A stretch of DNA of 64,000 bases from Nitrospirales bacterium (GTDB lineage Bacteria > Nitrospirota > Nitrospiria > Nitrospirales > UBA8639): NCBI GenBank assembly GCA_965223295.1, contig CBDCWC010000003.1, positions 1,568,001-1,632,000 on the forward strand, in the 5' to 3' direction. The notes under the pieces were generated by a model. The model worked only from the letters and a program-made list of their open reading frames with translations. It made no database searches and had not been told where the DNA came from. A program made the translations under genes and the position numbers. Below are positions 57,555-64,000 of the stretch, piece after piece; positions within the stretch are counted from its first letter, which is position 1, and every line of letters begins with the position of its first letter.

Positions 57555-60185
57555 ATGGCACAGACTTACGATCACCAGGCTGTTGAAGCGAAATGGCAGG
57601 CTCATTGGGAGAAGGCGGGCCTTTTTCAGGTCAAGGAAGATCCTACCACTCCCAAATATTATTGTTTAGAAATGTTCCCGTATCCGTCTGGACGCATTCA
57701 CATGGGACATGTGCGGGTGTATGCCATTGGCGATGTGGTCGCCCGTTATAAAACCATGCGGGGATTCCATGTCTTGCATCCGATGGGGTGGGATGCCTTT
57801 GGTTTGCCTGCCGAGAACGCGGCGATTGAAAAAGGTGTCCATCCCAATTCTTGGACGCAAGAAAATGTCGCCTACATGAAAACACAATTGCGGCGGATGG
57901 GCTTATCGTATGATTGGGACCGCGAGGTGAATACGTCGCAGCCTGACTACTATCGCTGGAACCAATGGATTTTTCTCAAAATGGTCGAACGGGATTTGGC
58001 CTATCGCAAACGTTCGGCGGTGAATTGGTGCCCGTCATGTGAGACGGTGCTGGCGAATGAGCAAGTGTTAGGGCAAGAAGGCAAAGATGGCGGGGTGTGT
58101 TGGCGATGTGAGTCAGTGGTCATTCAAAAAGAGTTAGAGCAATGGTTCTTTCGGATTACGCAGTATGCACAGGAGTTGTTAGATGGATGCGACCAGTTGA
58201 CCAGTTGGCCTGCTCGGGTATTGGCGATGCAGCGACATTGGATTGGCCGAAGCCAAGGTGTGGAAATTAATTTTCCGGTTGCCGAACCCCGGAATGATCT
58301 TTCAGCTATTCGGATTTTTACAACACGGCCGGACACGATTCATGGCGCAACGTTTATGAGTTTGGCTCCTGAGTCGCCGTTGGTGGAACAACTCATTCAG
58401 GGACGGTCCGAAGCGGAGGGTGTGCGGAAATTCGTGGAACGCGTATCCCGGCTGGATAAAGCCACGCGTACGGCAGCAGACAAAGAAAAAGAAGGGGTCT
58501 TTACAGGGGCCTACGCTCTCAATCCCTTCACTCAGGAACAGATTCCTATTTGGGTCGCGAATTTTGTGCTGTATGAATATGGCACGGGGGCCATTATGGC
58601 TGTTCCTGGGCATGATCAACGTGATTTTGAATTTGCCAAGCAATATGACATTCCGATCCGATTAGTCATTCAAAATCCAGACGGTTCCCTTCTGCCAGAT
58701 TCCTTGGAAGTTGCGTATGAAGAGCAAGAAGAAGCTGGTGTGTTAGTCAATTCCGGAAGTTTTTCTGGTCTATCTGTGGCAAAGGCCAAACAGTCCATTG
58801 GCGAACACGTTGAAACTCAGGGCTGGGGAATGCAGACGGTCAATTTCCGGTTGCGTGATTGGGGCATTTCCCGTCAACGCTACTGGGGAACACCCATTCC
58901 TATGTTGTACTGCGAGCATTGCGGCCTTGTCCCCGTTCCAGAAAATCAGTTGCCCGTTCTGTTACCTGAAGATGTGCCGTTTACCGGTAAAGGAGGGTCT
59001 CCGCTCAAAGAATCCCCTTCGTTTGCAAAGGCCACCTGTCCGACATGTGGCGGCGCGGCTCGACGTGAATCCGATACGATGGATACCTTCGTGGATTCCT
59101 CCTGGTATTTCCTCCGCTACTGCTCCCCTCAAGACATTCAACAACCGGTGAATCCTGATGTCGCGAAACATTGGATGGCTGTGGACCAATACGTTGGTGG
59201 TATTGAACATGCTGTGTTGCACTTACTGTATGCCAGGTTTTTCACCAAAGTCTTACGGGACATGGGTTTAACGACAGTTGATGAGCCGTTTGTGCATTTG
59301 CTGACACAAGGGATGGTCACAATGGAGACCTATTGGTGTGAAGACCATCGTTGGGTCTTGCCGTCTGAAACGGTACGAGAGAAAGGAACGCGTCGTTGTG
59401 GGCAATGTGGAAAGGTCATTGTCACGGGCCGGACCGAAAAGATGTCCAAGTCCAAAAAGAATATTGCTTCACCGGAAGAATTATGTGATCGATTTGGGGC
59501 TGATACGGCTCGCCTCTTTTCCCTCTTTGCGGCCCCACCGGAAAAAGATTTGGAATGGAGCGACACAGGTGTTGAAGGCTGTTCCCGGTTTTTGAATCGA
59601 GTGTGGCGTCTGGTGCTGGAACGGCTTCCCGTTATATGTGAGGCGGATGTCACGTCTCATTCGCAACCATCAGACCTTCACAAAGACTTGCAGCGAGCGA
59701 CCCATCAGACCATTCAAAAAGTCACGAACGATCTTGATCGGGATTTTCAGTTCAATACCGCGATTGCCGCGTTGATGGAGTTTGTAAATCAGCTGTATAA
59801 ATTAGCTAAGAATTCTTCTGCCACCGATTTATCAGCCGATGAACGTGTGGCGTGGCGATCGGCAATAGAAAGCTTATTGTTGCTCTTGGCCCCATTTGCG
59901 CCTCATCTTGCTGAAGAATTGTGGGAAGAGTTGGGGCATACTTCGAGTATTGTACGGGAGACATGGCCGACCTTTAACCCCGAACTTATCGCCAGCGAGG
60001 AGTGGACGATTCCTATTCAGGTGAATGGTAGGTTGCGGAGTAAAGTGACGGTGCCTGCCGGTTCCACAAAGGAGCAGGTGCTGGCTTCTGCCCAAAGTGA
60101 TGGCAAGCTGGGCGAATGGCTGCAAGGGAAGACTCCACGCAAAGTGATCTACGTTGAACAGAAATTGGTGAATTTCGTTGTGTAG
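57555..60185 (+). CDS. leuS: Leucine--tRNA ligase
   Basis: MFPYPSG.IHMGH, SRQRYWG, KMSKS. Confidence 0.98.
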   Translation: MAQTYDHQAVEAKWQAHWEKAGLFQVKEDPTTPKYYCLEMFPYPSGRIHMGHVRVYAIGDVVARYKTMRGFHVLHPMGWDAFGLPAENAAIEKGVHPNSWTQENVAYMKTQLRRMGLSYDWDREVNTSQPDYYRWNQWIFLKMVERDLAYRKRSAVNWCPSCETVLANEQVLGQEGKDGGVCWRCESVVIQKELEQWFFRITQYAQELLDGCDQLTSWPARVLAMQRHWIGRSQGVEINFPVAEPRNDLSAIRIFTTRPDTIHGATFMSLAPESPLVEQLIQGRSEAEGVRKFVERVSRLDKATRTAADKEKEGVFTGAYALNPFTQEQIPIWVANFVLYEYGTGAIMAVPGHDQRDFEFAKQYDIPIRLVIQNPDGSLLPDSLEVAYEEQEEAGVLVNSGSFSGLSVAKAKQSIGEHVETQGWGMQTVNFRLRDWGISRQRYWGTPIPMLYCEHCGLVPVPENQLPVLLPEDVPFTGKGGSPLKESPSFAKATCPTCGGAARRESDTMDTFVDSSWYFLRYCSPQDIQQPVNPDVAKHWMAVDQYVGGIEHAVLHLLYARFFTKVLRDMGLTTVDEPFVHLLTQGMVTMETYWCEDHRWVLPSETVREKGTRRCGQCGKVIVTGRTEKMSKSKKNIASPEELCDRFGADTARLFSLFAAPPEKDLEWSDTGVEGCSRFLNRVWRLVLERLPVICEADVTSHSQPSDLHKDLQRATHQTIQKVTNDLDRDFQFNTAIAALMEFVNQLYKLAKNSSATDLSADERVAWRSAIESLLLLLAPFAPHLAEELWEELGHTSSIVRETWPTFNPELIASEEWTIPIQVNGRLRSKVTVPAGSTKEQVLASAQSDGKLGEWLQGKTPRKVIYVEQKLVNFVV

Positions 60186-60909
60186 AATCTGGCAGATCAA
60201 GGTTCTTCGTGAGGTGCAAGCAGGGGCAAGATGGTGTGGCTTGTTCCTCACCATGATAGGCATTCTCAGTGCATGTGGTTATCGATTTACCGTAGCTGGG
60301 CCTGGGCCAGTTATAGGTGGGGGGCGTGTGGCAGAAGGGCCACCTGTCCGTTTGGCCTTGCATACTTTGAAGAACAATACCTTTGAGCCAAATCTTGAGT
60401 TCAAATACACCCAATATTTTCGACAAGCGTTCATGTCGGCAGGTAGCGCCACCATTGTGGATGATGATCCTTCAGCAGATTTTGTCTTAGATGGTACGAT
60501 TGTCTCCGTGAGACTCCCTTCCGTGGCTTTCTCTCAGGCGCAAACCCAAGAAAGCCGCGTCACCGTAAAAGTTGCAGTGAAGGTGAAAGATCGCAAGACC
60601 GGGAAGGTCCGTTGGGCCCAATCTGGCAGCAATTCTGCCGAGTTTTTTATCGGGGCCTCAGCCAACACGAGTGGAGTGGCGAGCGGGCTGCAATTCAATC
60701 GTGTCTTGCAAGATCGTGCGTTGGAGCAAGCCGGGCAAGGCCTGGCCGAAGATTTGGCTGATCGATTTCTCACGGCACGTGATCAAGGTAAGTTCACTGT
60801 TGGAACTATCAAACAACCTTTGCCTGATCCTGGTGTGGAAGTTGAGGAAACGTTTTCTCCCTCTCTTGAATCAGGACCTGTCATCACGCCAAATTTTCCC
60901 GTGCAGTAG
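60178..60909 (+). CDS. lptE: LPS assembly lipoprotein LptE-like (true start probably slightly downstream)
   Basis: LSACGY lipobox; conserved leuS-lptE-holA order. Confidence 0.8.
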   Translation: MCRIWQIKVLREVQAGARWCGLFLTMIGILSACGYRFTVAGPGPVIGGGRVAEGPPVRLALHTLKNNTFEPNLEFKYTQYFRQAFMSAGSATIVDDDPSADFVLDGTIVSVRLPSVAFSQAQTQESRVTVKVAVKVKDRKTGKVRWAQSGSNSAEFFIGASANTSGVASGLQFNRVLQDRALEQAGQGLAEDLADRFLTARDQGKFTVGTIKQPLPDPGVEVEETFSPSLESGPVITPNFPVQ

Positions 60910-60950
60910 AATCTTTCATCTTATGCTTGCATCTTGAGAGTGATGCTCTG

Positions 60951-62006
60951 ATGAATGTTCAAGATTTGCAGCGTCATATTATTCAGCAGGGGCTTTCGCC
61001 TCTGTATCTCATTATGGGTGAGGAACCCTATTACCGAGATTACGCTCTCAATCTATTGAAGCAAGCCAGTCAGTATGAAGAAAGGTCTTCTGATCGGGAC
61101 GGATCATCTAACTCTGATGAATCTGACATGTTCCAGTCGGATGTGTTGTATGGGGATGAAACCGATGCATCTGAAATCTTGGGGCTTGCCGAAGAAGTGT
61201 CTTTTTTCTCTCAGCGGCGCCAGTTGTTTGTGAAATGGGCTGAAAAAATATCTGTCAAGGATGGAGAACGGCTCATTCCCTATTTCCAAAGTCCGAACGA
61301 TGCCACCACGCTGGTATTTTCCGCTGTGAAGCTGGATGGCCGCACCAAATGGGTCCAGGTCTTGAAGAAACAGGCGATGGTCGTGGATTGTGCTCCGTTA
61401 TTTGAAAATCAGCGTGCGGGCTGGATCAAGCAGCACGCTCAGCAATGTGGGCTGCAACTAGAAGCGCCGGCATTAGACATGTTGAAAGATCAGGCTGCTG
61501 AGGGATTGTATGCAGTCATGCGCGAATTGGAAAAATTGGTTGCCTATGTGCCGGAGGGGCAATATGTGCGAGTACAGGATGTTGAACTGGTAAGAGGGAA
61601 ACCTCCAGGGATTTCGGTCTTTGATTGGTCCGAAGCTGTTTCGCGGGGAGATCATGGACGTGCGCTGGATATCGTGGCCAAAAATTTGGAGACCGGTGAG
61701 GCGCCATTACGGATGTTAGGCGCATTTTTGTGGCAAATGCGTCGTATATGGAAAGCCGCGGCGCTTTTGCAGGAAGGGAAAGACCAAAAGCAAGTCGCAC
61801 GTCGGGTAGGGATTCCACCATTTCGAGTCAGGGAGTTCATGCAACAGGTGCAACGGTGGCAAGAACCTCGTCTTCGTAGAGCATGGGAAATGTTTGCGCA
61901 TGTAGACTCTGCTTTGAAAGGTGGGAGAGCGTCCCAGCCCAAACTTATTTTAGATGATCTTGTGATGCGATTATGCCAAGGACTTGGACCTCAACCAGCG
62001 AAGTAA
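60951..62006 (+). CDS. holA: DNA polymerase III delta subunit
   Basis: PLYLIMGEE, ELEKL, D..LKG; synteny with leuS and rpsT. Confidence 0.92.
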   Translation: MNVQDLQRHIIQQGLSPLYLIMGEEPYYRDYALNLLKQASQYEERSSDRDGSSNSDESDMFQSDVLYGDETDASEILGLAEEVSFFSQRRQLFVKWAEKISVKDGERLIPYFQSPNDATTLVFSAVKLDGRTKWVQVLKKQAMVVDCAPLFENQRAGWIKQHAQQCGLQLEAPALDMLKDQAAEGLYAVMRELEKLVAYVPEGQYVRVQDVELVRGKPPGISVFDWSEAVSRGDHGRALDIVAKNLETGEAPLRMLGAFLWQMRRIWKAAALLQEGKDQKQVARRVGIPPFRVREFMQQVQRWQEPRLRRAWEMFAHVDSALKGGRASQPKLILDDLVMRLCQGLGPQPAK

Positions 62007-62073
62007 GGCGGAAGCTGTCTTTGCTCTCTGTGCCTCGTGGTGTCAGAAGGAGAGAATCTGAATGGTGTGGAGC

Positions 62074-62337
62074 TTAGATTGCGTTCACGCGAGTAGACAA
62101 GCGGGAGATCCAGCGGGAGGCCGTGTTTCGGTGAAGTGTGCCTTTTGTGACAGCCTTATGTAGTTCAGAGGTCGCTTCTCGCAACGAACTTTTTGCCATT
62201 TCGCCATCTTTTTCCTGTATGGATTGCTGAACCTTCTTCATAAAGGTCTTGACCCTTCGTAGAATAGATCGATTGCGTTCCTGTCGGGTCAACGATTGCC
62301 GAGCGGCTTTAATTGCTGATTGATGACGATTGGCCAT
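62074..62337 (-). CDS. rpsT: 30S ribosomal protein S20
   Basis: MANRHQSAIKAARQ...KGTLHRNTASR; GGAGG SD. Confidence 0.95.
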   Translation of the reverse strand: MANRHQSAIKAARQSLTRQERNRSILRRVKTFMKKVQQSIQEKDGEMAKSSLREATSELHKAVTKGTLHRNTASRWISRLSTRVNAI

Positions 62338-62570
62338 GAATTCCTCCAAAAAAGTAGAAGTTCTTTTTGTACCACAGGATTTCAAATTTGGTCAACTGAA
62401 CGTAACACCCAGGTAGAAAAATTGAAGATCGACGCATGCGGGTTTTGGATAACACGAAAGACCAAATGGGTTGCTTAAACCTGTCGTTTGTCTACCTTTC
62501 TGCATGCTTGCGAGCCTTGAAGCCCTTTGATAAGATTTGCCCCCTTCGATGATCGATCACACGTCTTTGT

Positions 62571-62648
62571 GGTGGGTGTAGCTCAGCTGGTTAGAGCGCC
62601 GGATTGTGGTTCCGGAGGTCGCGGGTTCGAAACCCGTCACTCACCCCA
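62571..62648 (+). tRNA. tRNA-His(GTG)
   Basis: G(-1)GTGGGTGTAGCTCAG...CCGGA-TTGTGGT-TCCGG...GGTTCGAAACC...CCCA. Confidence 0.96.
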
Positions 62649-62663
62649 TCAATTTTTGCATGG

Positions 62664-63038
62664 TTATGTTCCCCGTCGGGGTTGACTCACCGTTATTGTA
62701 GAATCGGATGATGCCGATGGAGTTGGCTCGGTCTCTGGAGATGGAGTGTGAGGTCCTGTTTGGTCATTGTGAAACAGGCGCTCAGTCACCTTTCCTAATT
62801 TGTGAGCCCGGTTGATGAGCAGGTCTAACTTTTTCACCGCTAATGATAAGCGTTGGGAGGGATCTTGCTGAGAAGGTGACGTAGGCAATAGTGGTGGAGT
62901 AGGGGGAGAGGATTTCATGATAACCTTTACAGCGTACCTTATTCTATCCGACATAGGAGAAAAGGTCATTGAATTATTCCTTCTATTTATGCGAAATTCC
63001 TGCTCATTTTTGAGAAAATTGAGAAAACTAGCTTCCAA
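62664..63038 (-). CDS. Hypothetical protein (doubtful; start uncertain)
   Basis: ORF only, low-complexity, no recognisable motif. Confidence 0.3.
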   Translation of the reverse strand: MEASFLNFLKNEQEFRINRRNNSMTFSPMSDRIRYAVKVIMKSSPPTPPLLPTSPSQQDPSQRLSLAVKKLDLLINRAHKLGKVTERLFHNDQTGPHTPSPETEPTPSASSDSTITVSQPRRGT

Positions 63039-63119
63039 ACAATCGAACCTGCCTTCTCATTGTATGCGTTAACAAGTAAGCCTTGAGTTCAACAAATTCA
63101 TGGTTCAGGCGCATTGAAA

Positions 63120-63749
63120 ATGGTCACGGCACTAAAAAAGAAACTTCAATTCGCATGGGTAGTTGGCCTTATTGGCACTCTTTTTATGGGAGGGGTGACT
63201 TGGGCAGAGAAAATTGATGCCCGAACGCGGGTCACTAAAGGTACATTGGAATATGGGCTATTAGGAGGTTTTTGGAAAGGGAGTAATATATTTCAGAATG
63301 CGCCCTCATCCAATCGACAAGCCATATATCTCTTACCACAATTAGGGCAAGTCTTCACGGATGAACTTGGCAGCGGTGTGGTGGCGGGAAATGTGGAGCT
63401 GCTTATTGAACCAATGGCTGCGCATTACTATGAACCGTTTAGTGCCTCTGCGTTTGGCGGATCATTAGTCGTGAAATATAATTTTTTGGCTTTTGGCCGG
63501 TGGATGCCGTTTTGGGATGGCGGAGCAGGAATGTTGTGGACTGACCTAGCGCCACGAATTCCCGAGCAGAGCACACAGTTTAATTTCATCTTGCAAACGG
63601 GTCCTGGCGTCTCGTACTTCATCTCAGAAAACTGGGCCATCACGGCCGGTTTTCGATTTCACCACATTTCGAATTCTGGAATTGGCAATCGCAACATTGG
63701 ATTAAATGCGTGGTTGTTCAATTTGGGTGTGTCGTTCTTTTCACCCTAA
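63120..63749 (+). CDS. Acyloxyacyl hydrolase / PagL-like lipid A deacylase beta-barrel
   Basis: Signal peptide, FNF..Q.G.G, RFHHISN..G..N.GLN. Confidence 0.85.
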   Translation: MVTALKKKLQFAWVVGLIGTLFMGGVTWAEKIDARTRVTKGTLEYGLLGGFWKGSNIFQNAPSSNRQAIYLLPQLGQVFTDELGSGVVAGNVELLIEPMAAHYYEPFSASAFGGSLVVKYNFLAFGRWMPFWDGGAGMLWTDLAPRIPEQSTQFNFILQTGPGVSYFISENWAITAGFRFHHISNSGIGNRNIGLNAWLFNLGVSFFSP

Positions 63750-63804
63750 TGCATGTGGAATCATGACATATCGTTTTGCATCATTTGGAGTGTATGGGGT
63801 TTCT

Positions 63805-64000
63805 GTGAGGAATGCTCTTCGTCCTTTGAGTTGCATATCGCTCCTCTCTGCAAGCCTCATCTTGGTATTCACATCGATAAATTTCGCCAACCAGGACGGC
63901 CATACTCATCAATCTGACCTTGGTCACAACCATACCATGGCTCCCGGACAATGGGAGGGATCTCCAGAAGGCATCGCGTATTCAGAGTTCAATCATGCAT
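63805..64000 (+). CDS. Hypothetical exported/membrane protein with His-rich N-terminus (partial)
   Basis: Open frame to window end: MRNALRPLSCISLLSASLILVF...GHTHQSDLGHNH...WEGSPEGIAYSEFNH. Confidence 0.6.
   Translation, partial: MRNALRPLSCISLLSASLILVFTSINFANQDGHTHQSDLGHNHTMAPGQWEGSPEGIAYSEFNHA

Overview
Bacterial chromosomal window. The small-protein families and repeat style suggest Nitrospirales, which is an inference. 1-19.5 kb is an all-minus-strand signalling cluster: FIST/NosP sensor, three hybrid histidine kinases (one split by a single-base frameshift in a G run), a TonB receptor-YfiR-CHASE8 kinase module, an HD-GYP response regulator, a multi-PAS kinase/regulator pair and a STAS protein. 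19.7-31.9 kb is an MSHA-like type IV pilus/T2SS-type locus. 32-64 kb is mostly housekeeping (grxD/bolA, anmK, xth, pyruvoyl arginine decarboxylase, deoxyhypusine-synthase-like, degP, rpiA, glk, aroK/aroE, uvrC, leuS-lptE-holA, rpsT, tRNA-Glu, tRNA-His) plus a FadL-porin/V4R-like kinase pair. Signals not explained by the ORF track: (i) six copies of a ~190-bp MITE with 5-bp target-site duplications and a covarying hairpin; (ii) ten sigma28-like promoters (T[CTA]AAG-N14/15-[GAT]CCGA[TCA]A) ahead of the signalling and pilus genes; (iii) an unannotated 28-aa lysine-rich microprotein with a perfect SD behind one of these promoters; (iv) in-frame heptamer-repeat palindromes at the same loop of three receiver domains. 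No CRISPR array, rRNA or transposase was seen. All assignments are by eye, with no database searches.
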